The notes under the pieces were generated by a model, which saw only the letters and a list, made by a program, of their open reading frames with translations, had not been told where the DNA came from and searched no databases. Positions 46,659-56,500 of a stretch of 64,000 bases of DNA are shown here, piece by piece (position 1 is the first letter of the stretch; every line of letters begins with the position of its first letter). Origin of the DNA: a virus (taxonomy: Duplodnaviria > Caudoviricetes); IMG/VR virus record IMGVR_UViG_3300032227_000993. One strand, given 5' to 3'. Made by a program: the position numbers and the translations under genes.

Positions 46659-47810
46659 TTATAACTCCGCACTTAATGTAAGAGCAACATACGCTGTGCC
46701 ATTTGCGTTTGTTCTAAGTCCAGACCCAGTAAACTGTAATCCTACTCCGTAGTAAGATGGGCCAGAACGAACCGTTGGAGCTACAGCATGATGCCCTTCT
46801 GCTCCTCCAGATAAAATAGTTACAGTTGGAGTGGTTCTCATTTGGTATGTCCAGGCTAATCCACCTGAATTTAAACTTGTATACGCAGCATCATATCCTT
46901 GAGTAAAGTAATATGTATTACTACCAACAAAATATCTCTGACACAATTCAAGCTCAGTTCCATAGCTACGGAAATCAAAGTTTGTTGCTTGTGAGCCAAC
47001 TTCAAACTGTACACCAGTAATATACCAAGTAGCTCCGTTTGTGCCAACTACACTTGTAGCGCCTGTAGCTGAAAGATAACTAGCGCCAACCCATGTGCCA
47101 GCGGTTGAAGAATATGTTGCTCCGGCACCCAAAGAAAATTCTACTTTAGCGCCAGTACCGTTAGTTGCGCCAAGCCAAGTTCCACTTGTTGGGCCAATAA
47201 CAGTAATTGATTTTTGTTCCCATGTATTTGCGGCAGAAATTGAATAGTTAAATGGATAAGAATAATTAAAAGCAGAATTATAAAAACTACCGCCAAAAGT
47301 TCCTGTTAGAGAACTGCGAACCCAGAATGATAAAGTAGCTGTTTTAGCATTGGCTGTTCCCCAAGCCAAATCTGCCCAGTTGAATCCTTCAATACCTTGT
47401 GCCACTCCAAAATAATCACTGGCACTAACAGAATAGGCTGATAAAGAAGTTATACCTAAATAGTTGGAAAACCCTACTGGCGGTGTTACCGAGCCAGCGT
47501 TTTGTTGTATAGAAAATTTAGAAGCTGCAGTTAGTAAACTTTGCCATCTGTCTAATGTATAAGCACCTTGTGTTGGGGTTACACTAGCCCCAGCGTTACG
47601 TTGGTCGATAGTCATTCCGCCGTTAATAATACGATTCTCAAAACCAAATGTGTTAAGCGCACTGACTGATCCAACAACATTGGCGTTTTGACCTGTTGTC
47701 AATGTTAATGCTGTAGTTGTGCCGTTGGTTTGGAATACCAAGTTACCTGTGGTATCTGAGGTGCTTACAAATCCTGTAGTAAGAGTATTTCCAGCGGCTA
47801 TTGTGCTCAT
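46659..47810 (-). CDS. tail-fibre protein (paralogue B)
   Basis: Near-identical N-terminus to 45230..46435; divergent C-terminus. Confidence 0.72.
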   Translation of the reverse strand: MSTIAAGNTLTTGFVSTSDTTGNLVFQTNGTTTALTLTTGQNANVVGSVSALNTFGFENRIINGGMTIDQRNAGASVTPTQGAYTLDRWQSLLTAASKFSIQQNAGSVTPPVGFSNYLGITSLSAYSVSASDYFGVAQGIEGFNWADLAWGTANAKTATLSFWVRSSLTGTFGGSFYNSAFNYSYPFNYSISAANTWEQKSITVIGPTSGTWLGATNGTGAKVEFSLGAGATYSSTAGTWVGASYLSATGATSVVGTNGATWYITGVQFEVGSQATNFDFRSYGTELELCQRYFVGSNTYYFTQGYDAAYTSLNSGGLAWTYQMRTTPTVTILSGGAEGHHAVAPTVRSGPSYYGVGLQFTGSGLRTNANGTAYVALTLSAEL

Positions 47811-48986
47811 TTATAGTATTATCCATCGTTGTCCTGCGGCCACGCTGACTTGTACGTTGTTGGCGTATGTCATTGGTCCTACTGATAAGCCGTTTTGACC
47901 TGCGGCTATTGTGAGATTAGCTGAAATTGTTGTTGTAGTAATGGTAACTGAATTATTACCTGAAGCTACGCCAGTTAATTGGCTACCATTACCAATAATG
48001 TAATTGCCAGTAACATTACCGGTGGCACTTACTATACCCACGGTACGAACGTTGCCACCTTGTACATTGCCAGTGATGCTTACATTGGCACCTGTGTTGA
48101 CATTACCTGAGCCGTTGGGTGTGAGTACAATGTTGGCATTTGAGGCTGAGGTTTGTATGTCAAGTTGTGCTGAATCAACAATCGCGCCACTGATAATTAA
48201 ATTTCCAGCAGTAACGTTACCAGTGACACTAACACTGGTTCCTGTTATGACTCCGCCTACTACACTGGCGGCAGTAACAGCACCTGTAGCACTAATTAAA
48301 CCAGCTGTTCTTAAATTTCCACCCTGAACGTTGCCAGTGACACTTACCAAGCCGGTGACATATTCGCCTGTGGTTGCCCATACTGCCACGTTGGCGGTTC
48401 CTCCAACGCTGGCTGTAATATTACCACCTGAGCTGACTACTGTTACGTTACTTGTGCCGTTATTAATGTTACTTGATGTAGTACTAACCCCGGTTAATAA
48501 TGCTCCGTTACCTAAAATATAATTACCGGTTACGTTACCTGTGGCTGAAACATACCCTACTGACGTCACATTGCCGCCAGACATATTACCAGTAACACTC
48601 ATATTACCAGTTGTTGTTGAATTACCTGTTGCGTTTGCAGTAACTACCGTATTGCCGCCAACTACCAAACTATTAGCATTAGCAGATAGTGTTGTGCCAC
48701 CTAAATAAATTGTATTTGCGCTAACATATACACTTGCCCATAATGCTGTTGGCGAACCTAAATTATATACGCCGTTAGCGGATGGTAAAAGATTACCAAC
48801 TACTAAATTACCTGTAGCACTAATAGTAGTTGCTGTAATATTATTTGTTGCTGCGATATTATTGGCACTGACGTTGGCGCCGGTATTGGTCAACACAGTC
48901 CATGCCGTAAGTGTAGTGCTGTAGATGTAAATTACACCATTGACATTGGCCTGTTGACCATTGGTTGGGTTGGTTGGAAATGCCAT
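47811..48986 (-). CDS. Asn/Gly/Thr-rich tail-fibre protein
   Basis: GN(V/I)T beta-repeats; MAFPTNP N-terminal adaptor. Confidence 0.7.
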   Translation of the reverse strand: MAFPTNPTNGQQANVNGVIYIYSTTLTAWTVLTNTGANVSANNIAATNNITATTISATGNLVVGNLLPSANGVYNLGSPTALWASVYVSANTIYLGGTTLSANANSLVVGGNTVVTANATGNSTTTGNMSVTGNMSGGNVTSVGYVSATGNVTGNYILGNGALLTGVSTTSSNINNGTSNVTVVSSGGNITASVGGTANVAVWATTGEYVTGLVSVTGNVQGGNLRTAGLISATGAVTAASVVGGVITGTSVSVTGNVTAGNLIISGAIVDSAQLDIQTSASNANIVLTPNGSGNVNTGANVSITGNVQGGNVRTVGIVSATGNVTGNYIIGNGSQLTGVASGNNSVTITTTTISANLTIAAGQNGLSVGPMTYANNVQVSVAAGQRWIIL

Positions 48987-50690
48987 TATGTTCTCCCTAC
49001 TGCTACTTCAATGACACCAGATTCTGTGCTGTCATAATTTTCTAAGGCTTTGCCAATGATACAACTTGGTTGGTATTTCAACATATCTAAAGCCTGGGCT
49101 ACTCCTGGAATATCGCTGGCCACCAATCTATCACCTTTGTTAATTTTACCAACAACTTTGCAAGGAACTCGTCCAACCAAGGCCACTACAACAGCATTAG
49201 TGCAATCAAGCGTGGCGTTCATCAGGTAGGAAGGATTTGTACTTACAATACCTGCTACAGCTGGCGAGTGACTTGTGGTTGTTACGGTCACTTCTTCAAC
49301 ACCGCCAAATTCTACTACTGTGCCTGGCTCATAGTCTTCGTCGGCGCAGTACATTTCAGCCAAGTCAGCATATTGAGCACTAGTTGCCTTGGCAAACACA
49401 GTATTGAAGTAATTGGTTGAACTACCAATGTTGCCGGCCACATTGCCCAGAGTGACGATGTTGCCCACAGTGATTGTGCCATTGGCCACACTTAAATTAC
49501 CGCCGGCAATGTTACCAGTGGCACTGATCAAACCAACTGTACGTATATTGCCACCTTGTACATTGCCAGTGATGCTGACATTGGCGCCGGTGTTGACATT
49601 ACCTGAGCCATTTGGAGTTAACACAATGTTGGCATTGGCAGCTGAGGTTTGAATATCAAGTTGTGCTGAGTCAACAATCGCGCCACTGATAAGTAGGTTT
49701 CCAGCGGTGACGTTGCCAGTACCAACTGTGGCACTTCCACCTGTAATGGCACCAGTAGCACTTACTAATCCTACAGTTGTAATATTGCCAGCTTGTACAT
49801 TACCAACAACACTTACTGTACCGCTTGTATCTATGCGTAGTCTTTCGCTACCACCTGTGGCCATTGTTATTGGGGTGTATGTTCCAGTTCCTGTAATAGC
49901 TGCAATTAAAGCGGATGCACTAGCATTTTGATAAATGGAAAATGTACCTGAATTTGTAGGGTCCGTAGCACCATAAGCAGTAAATATTGAACCAGCACCA
50001 GAACCATTTGGTATTGCCGAAATTCTAGTTATGCCGTTTGCAGTGCTGGATTGAAACATCACACGACTAGCAACAGTAGCATTACTAAAATCACCAGTAA
50101 TACGATTACTAGTACCAGTAAAGACTAAGTTGCCGCCCGTTTGAATATTTCCACCTATTACATTACCAGTAACACTAGCAAAACCAGCTGTACTAATATT
50201 ACCATAAGTTAATGTACCAGTTACACCTAAGTTGCCGCCAATGGTGGCGTTGCCTGTGACAGCCAATGTGGTAAAGCTGGTTGGGAAACTTTGATCTACC
50301 CAGATGTTGCTGGTGCCATCATTGGTGTATTGGTACTTGACTCCAGAAAAACTGTCGTACCAGAAGCTACCTGGATTGACTCCTGTGGGTGCTGTATTGG
50401 CCTGTGTGGTCCACGATAGGCTGCCACTGACTGTGATGCCAGTTAATGCGCTACCATTACCAATAAAATAGTTACCTGTTACGTTGCCGGTTGCGCTAAT
50501 TAAACCAACTGTACGAACGTTGCCACTTTGTACGTTGCCAGTTACGCTGACATTGGCTGGAGTATTGACATTACCTGAGCCATTTGGAGTTAACACAATG
50601 TTGGCATTGGCAGCTGATGTTTGTATGTCAAGTTGTGCTGAGTCAATGATCGCACCACTCAATATCAAGTTACCGGCAGTAATATTGCCT
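48008..50690. repeat. three dispersed ~210-bp repeats (about 48008..48224, 49511..49720, 50480..50690)
   Basis: All encode SGAI(V/I)DSAQLDIQTSA.NANIVLTPNGSGNVNT; clear nucleotide similarity. Confidence 0.85.
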
Positions 50691-53476
50691 GTTGCAACAG
50701 TTAAACTTGTACCGGTCAATGCGGCACCTGTGATGGCTCCAGTGGCACTGATTAGTCCAACGGTAGTTACGTTGCCGCTAATTACATTTCCGCTGGCACT
50801 TAATGTAACACCTTGGACCAATGCTCCACTAACAATGTTGGCACCGTTAACGTTGCCTGTGACGCTTGTACTTGTTCCAGTAATAACGCCACCTACTACA
50901 CTAGCAGCTGTAGTTGTACCAGTTACACTTGTACTTGTTCCAGTAATAACGCCACCAACTACTGAGGCTGCGGTTACTGTACCTGAGACACTTACTGTTG
51001 TACCTGTGTGATTTGTAGCACTAACGTTGCCAACGGTGGCATTTCCTGTGGCACTTATTAGTCCGCCGGTTAGGATATTAGCTCCGGTGACATTACCGCT
51101 GGAACTGATAGTGCCAGAATTCAATGAGGTCAATGTGCCAACACTGGTAATGTTTGTTTGTGCGGCTGTACTCAATGTGCCAGTGACAGTATTGGCTGAC
51201 AAGTTGTTGGCAGTGATATTGCCAACTGTACTGATGCCTAAACTTGATACCCATACATTGGCAGCTGTGTTGTACAATAGGGTCGCATATGGCGATCCAA
51301 CTGGACCAACTTCAATACCACCGTTGTTGGCTGCGGTTGCGTTGGCAGCATTGTTGGCCATGTTGATGGTCAAGTCATTTGTACTGATTGTATTGGAATT
51401 AATTGTGGTAGTGGTACCTTGAACAGTCAAGTTACCTGTAATGACCACGTTGCCATCTGTGCCACCAGATCCATTTGGGTCAATGGTTAGAGTTGGGCCA
51501 TCGCCCACAATCAAATTGCCGGAAAGTTTGATACCGCCAACTGCTATGGTGCCGTTGGCTGTTACGTTACCGCCTGTGACGTTGCCTGTAGCACTTACAA
51601 CACCGGTGACATATTCTCCGGTTGAAGCAAATACTGCTACGTTGGCAGTACCGCCAACGCCAACTGTGATATTGCCGCCTGATGTGGTCACAGTTACATT
51701 TGACGTGCCGTTGTTGATATTTGCCACACTTGTGATAACGCCGGTCAACGATACACCGTTACCTAAAATGTAGTTGCCAGTTACATTGCCCGTGGCACTA
51801 ATTAGGCCGCCTGTTAAAATATTAGCACCGGTAACATTACCACTGGAACTAACGGCTCCCGTGTTCAATGAGGTCAATGTGCCAACACTGGTAATGTTTG
51901 GTTGAGCATTTGTTGTAACAGTAGCTGCCGTTCCTGCTGCAACAGCGTAAGTGGCATTGGCCACTGTACCAGAGACGTTAGCGCCGGTAATGCTGGTTAA
52001 TTGACTGCCATTACCAAAGATGTAATTACCGGTTACGTTACCGGTGGCACTTACCGCACCGGCTGTTAGAATATTACTACCGGTTACATTGCCTGAATTA
52101 ATTGTGCCAGTGGTACTAATTGTGTTTGATCCAAATGCGGCCAAGAAACTTGATACATTGGTATTGCTGTAGGCGCCAGTAATATTACTTGCGTTAATAT
52201 TGGTCAATAATGATCCATTACCAATAATGTAATTGCCTGTGACATTGCCAGTGGTACTAATTAATCCAGTTGATGTTAAACTTGTTAGTGCTCCAACACT
52301 TGTAATATTTGGTTGTGCGTTAGTTGTAACTGTGGCTGATGTGCCTGAGTTTACAGCATAGGTAGCATTGGCCACTGTACCAGAGACATTGGCACCAGTA
52401 ATACTTGTTAACTGACTGCCATTACCAAGAATATAACTACCAATTACATTGCCGGTGGCACTAATATTGCCAGCAGTATTTAAATTGCCTGGAGAAGTTG
52501 TGGTAGCTACTGCTACTCCGTTAACCAATAATGTATTACTTGAATTGTTGGCTGAAAGGCCTGTGGAGCCCAAATACAATGTATTAGCGCCGATGTAAAC
52601 ACTGGCCCATTGTGCTGTTGGTGATCCCAAACTGTAGGTAGCGTTGGCGCCGGGAATGATATTGCCAGCCCAGCCTGCTTCACCGTATGCTACAGCATTG
52701 GCATTGGCATAACCGGCTGGTAAGCCTGTAAGTTGACTTCCGTTGCCAAGAATGTATGCTCCGGAGATGTTGGCTGTGGTAGTAATGTTGCCAGTTGTGG
52801 CTATTACTACATTGGCATTGCTTGCCAAATATGATTGAACGTTAGCATTGGCGTAAGTAGCTGGTAAACCTGTGAGTTGACTTCCGTTGCCAAGAATGTA
52901 ATTGCCTGTAATGTTGCCAGTGGCACTGACAGTACCAAACACCGGTGTATCACTGACAGCGAAAGTAATGGTGTCTGAGGTGGCATTGCCAGTTAAAACC
53001 AAATTGTTGCCTGAACTAAAAACAGCGGTACTGGTTACACCGTTGGCTGCAACAGGAGTACCGTTGGCATTGATAACACCAAAACTTGCTCCTGTATTTT
53101 GAGCAAATACCAATCCGGTGGTGCCTATCACGATAGGATCGTTGGTGATCAATTTCCAGGATGTATCACCATACGTGGTGCCTTCTGTGACCATTACAAT
53201 CATGCCAGCGTTGATTTCGCCTGTGGCATTGGCGTCACTTGTGCGGACCCAGGTACCGTCAGCGCCTGATCCTAAGACCTGTACATCATACAGGCCGTTT
53301 TGGCTGGTAGTTGTTTGTCCTGCGACCAGTACTCTATCGTTGGCATTGAGATTTACGCCGTCAACTTGGCTGGGAGCCCCACCCACAAGTGTGATATTGG
53401 CTAGCGTGATCACACGTACTGCTTGTTTGTAGTCTATGTTTGATATCTGTTCGGCACGAACCCGTGTTAAGCCCAT
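48986..53476 (-). CDS. long tail-fibre protein (1496 aa) with C-terminal intramolecular-chaperone-type domain
   Basis: N-terminal DYKQAVR...DRVLV...NGLY fibre domain; beta-repeats; SAQYADLAE...VALVGRVPCKV. Confidence 0.8.
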   Translation of the reverse strand: MGLTRVRAEQISNIDYKQAVRVITLANITLVGGAPSQVDGVNLNANDRVLVAGQTTTSQNGLYDVQVLGSGADGTWVRTSDANATGEINAGMIVMVTEGTTYGDTSWKLITNDPIVIGTTGLVFAQNTGASFGVINANGTPVAANGVTSTAVFSSGNNLVLTGNATSDTITFAVSDTPVFGTVSATGNITGNYILGNGSQLTGLPATYANANVQSYLASNANVVIATTGNITTTANISGAYILGNGSQLTGLPAGYANANAVAYGEAGWAGNIIPGANATYSLGSPTAQWASVYIGANTLYLGSTGLSANNSSNTLLVNGVAVATTTSPGNLNTAGNISATGNVIGSYILGNGSQLTSITGANVSGTVANATYAVNSGTSATVTTNAQPNITSVGALTSLTSTGLISTTGNVTGNYIIGNGSLLTNINASNITGAYSNTNVSSFLAAFGSNTISTTGTINSGNVTGSNILTAGAVSATGNVTGNYIFGNGSQLTSITGANVSGTVANATYAVAAGTAATVTTNAQPNITSVGTLTSLNTGAVSSSGNVTGANILTGGLISATGNVTGNYILGNGVSLTGVITSVANINNGTSNVTVTTSGGNITVGVGGTANVAVFASTGEYVTGVVSATGNVTGGNVTANGTIAVGGIKLSGNLIVGDGPTLTIDPNGSGGTDGNVVITGNLTVQGTTTTINSNTISTNDLTINMANNAANATAANNGGIEVGPVGSPYATLLYNTAANVWVSSLGISTVGNITANNLSANTVTGTLSTAAQTNITSVGTLTSLNSGTISSSGNVTGANILTGGLISATGNATVGNVSATNHTGTTVSVSGTVTAASVVGGVITGTSTSVTGTTTAASVVGGVITGTSTSVTGNVNGANIVSGALVQGVTLSASGNVISGNVTTVGLISATGAITGAALTGTSLTVATGNITAGNLILSGAIIDSAQLDIQTSAANANIVLTPNGSGNVNTPANVSVTGNVQSGNVRTVGLISATGNVTGNYFIGNGSALTGITVSGSLSWTTQANTAPTGVNPGSFWYDSFSGVKYQYTNDGTSNIWVDQSFPTSFTTLAVTGNATIGGNLGVTGTLTYGNISTAGFASVTGNVIGGNIQTGGNLVFTGTSNRITGDFSNATVASRVMFQSSTANGITRISAIPNGSGAGSIFTAYGATDPTNSGTFSIYQNASASALIAAITGTGTYTPITMATGGSERLRIDTSGTVSVVGNVQAGNITTVGLVSATGAITGGSATVGTGNVTAGNLLISGAIVDSAQLDIQTSAANANIVLTPNGSGNVNTGANVSITGNVQGGNIRTVGLISATGNIAGGNLSVANGTITVGNIVTLGNVAGNIGSSTNYFNTVFAKATSAQYADLAEMYCADEDYEPGTVVEFGGVEEVTVTTTSHSPAVAGIVSTNPSYLMNATLDCTNAVVVALVGRVPCKVVGKINKGDRLVASDIPGVAQALDMLKYQPSCIIGKALENYDSTESGVIEVAVGRT
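50865..50990. repeat. 63-bp-period tandem duplication
   Basis: cttgtacttgttccagtaataacgccacc at 50865 and 50928. Confidence 0.8.
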
Positions 53477-53518
53477 TGTTTATCCAATAATAATAATATT
53501 AGTATTTAGTCAAAATAA

Positions 53519-53536
53519 TAGGACCTTGCGGTCCTA
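53519..53536 (-). terminator. intrinsic terminator
   Basis: TAGGACC-GCAA-GGTCCTA then TTATTTT; TAAATA at 53503..53508 restarts transcription. Confidence 0.7.
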
Positions 53537-53560
53537 CTATTTTTGTAGTACAACGGCTTA

Positions 53561-56500
53561 TTAAACGCGGCCTACTACCACTTCGATTACACCAGTAGTA
53601 CCATCAAAGTTCTCAAGTGCCTTGCCGATCACAGTACCAACTTGTGGATTTGCTTCGGCTCTGGCTGTGCCATCACCGTTAGACACCATCAAGTCACCTT
53701 TGCGTACTGTACCAGTTACGCGAGTTGGAACACGACCTGTTAGGGCCACTGTCACAATGTTGGTACCTTCTAAGCCACCGTTCATGATGTAACTTGGGTT
53801 TGTACTTACAACACCTGCTACACGACGATCTGCGTCTGCGGTACTTGCTGTTACTTCAAGCTCGCCACCAAATGCTACCACTGTGCCTGGTGTGTACTCT
53901 GCGTCAGCTGTGTATTTCTCAGCCAAGTCAGCGTATTGTGCGCTTGTTGCCTTGGCAAACACAGTATTGAAGTAGTTGGTTGAACTACCAATATTACCTG
54001 CCACGTTGCCCAGGGTAACAATGTTACCAACTGTGATAGTACCGTTACCAACTGATAAGTTACCACCTGTGATATTGCCTGTTACACTTACCAAACCGCC
54101 TGTTAGGATGTTACCACTTTGTGTATTACCAGTTACTGACACGTTTCCGCTTACAGTTGCGCCTGTGGCGTATACTGTTGCCCAGTAGTTGCTTGTTCCA
54201 CCAAGGTTCAGTGTAGCATTAGCAGCTGGAGTGATACCAATGTTAGCCTGCCAACTTGTTGTAGCGTTATTAAATCTCAAGTAAGCTAAACTATTGTTAC
54301 CAACGTCAATACCTGCGCCATCAGCAGCTGTACCAGTGCTGACGTTGTTGGCCAAAGTGATTGATTTTTCGTTAGTTGTAACTACATTACTATCAATGTA
54401 GGTTACATTACCTTGAACACTCAAGTTACCAGCAATGATAACTGCTCCATCAACACCACCTGCTGAGTTTGGATCAATTATGATTGTTGAGTTAAGACTT
54501 GAAATTGTGTTGCCTGTTAACGAAATACCACCAGCAAACAATGAGGCACCAGCAAGTACGCCATCAGCTTCAACTCTGCTGGCAGCACGGATATTACCAG
54601 CGTTGATATTTCCTGTAGCACTGATTAGGCCAGTAGTTGTTACGTTACCACCTTGTAATGTAGCAGCACTTGTAATAGTACCTGTAGCACTGATTAGGCC
54701 AGTTGTAAGAATGTTGGCTGATACTGTGCCACTTGACAAGTAAGTTGCTACATCGCTATTGGCATAACCTGCTGGCAAGCCAGTCAACTGACTACCGTTA
54801 CCAATAATGTAGCTACCAGTGATGTTGCCACTTGCACTTACTGTAGTGGCTGTTACGTTACCGCCAGTAATGTTACCATTGGCATTTTGTGTTACCAAAG
54901 GCTGTCCACCAAAACTCAATGTTGTGGTGTTGGCACTGATGTTGGAACCACCAATGAAAATCGTGTTGCCTGAAATCCACAAGTTGCTCCACTGATTGGT
55001 ACTGTTACCCAAAGTGTATGTTGCGTTGGCTGAAGGATTAAAGTTACCAGTGATTGTGGTCTGTAGTGGAGAAGTTACCAATACGTTAGCACCATTTACA
55101 GCGGTTACAACATTGCCGTTGGCACCATCGATATCAACACTTGTGTTGCCTTCTTGGATCTTGGTAGCAATGACGTTGCCGCCGCCCACGTTGGTCAAGT
55201 AAGTACCGTCACCATACAAGTAGCCAGCACCGTTGCCAACCACAATGTTACCTGTGATAGCCACGTTTGCAGACGCATCGTTTACGCCAACCGCAGCGTT
55301 ACCTGATGTATTACTGATACCAGTTACAGTTGTTGTGGTTGTGATTTCGCGAACGTCAATGTGATCTGCTACAGCAGGAGCTTCAGTAAAGGTCAAATCT
55401 GTGCCTACTACAGAGTAAGCCAAAGTTGGAACCTGTACCACACCGTTGATACTTACCAAACAGCTATTGGTTGTTTGAGGTGAACTCAATGTGAATACAG
55501 TTTGTACACCGTTACCATTAAACTGTTGATCGGTAATAACTGTTGGCTCACCGCCTACTACAGCCCATGCCACGCCGTCGTAAATCTCCAGGAAACCTGT
55601 TGAAGTATTGAAACGTTGCATACCTGTTACGCCGGTAGATGGACGTTGTGCTGTGTTACCAACTGGAACCACAAACGAACTTGTAGCATTTAAGGCTAAA
55701 ATTGCGTTGGTTGTTTGTACATTGCTGCCAATACTGACTGAGTTGGCTGTACCGTCAACAAATACCAAGTTGGCTGATGCTCCGTTGATAGCTACACTGG
55801 TATTACCTGCTGTACCAATATTCAATAAACCACTTGAACTTGTTACTGTTGGAGCAGTTACCTGAGTGATTGCAGTCACATTGTTAGCATTTACATCGCC
55901 AGTTACGTTCAATGTACTTTCTACATTGCCGCTTAGGCTCAATGAGTTTGCAAACAATCCAGTGTTGGAAACAATATTGCCAAATACACTTAGACCTGTG
56001 TCATAAAATTGTGCTGTTGTAGCATTGTTGATTGTGATATCCAAGTTGCCGCCGGCGGTGCCAATATTAGCCTGACTGTTGCCATTGCTGATCTTGGTAG
56101 CACTTACGTTGGCACCGCTGATGTTGCTGATGTAAGCGCCATCACCAATGAAGAAGCTTCCAGGTTGTACAGACGCATTACTGAGTATGTTGCCACTTAG
56201 ACTGAGATTGGCAGCATTAACAGCATCGGCAGTTACGTTGCCAGCAGTACTGATGTTGCCACCACTAAGGAGACCGGCTGTACTGATGTTGGCTGCTGTT
56301 ACATTGCCACTTGAACTGATATCACCAGAATTTAGTGATGTCAATGTGCCGACACTTGTTACGTTTGGTTGTGCTGCTGTACTCAATGTGCCGGTCAATA
56401 ATGTACCAGTTACATTGCCGGCAGTACTAATATCGCCGCCAAAGTTAACACCAGTGTCATAGAAAGTAGCAGCTACGTTTGAAGCAGCACCAACAGCAAT

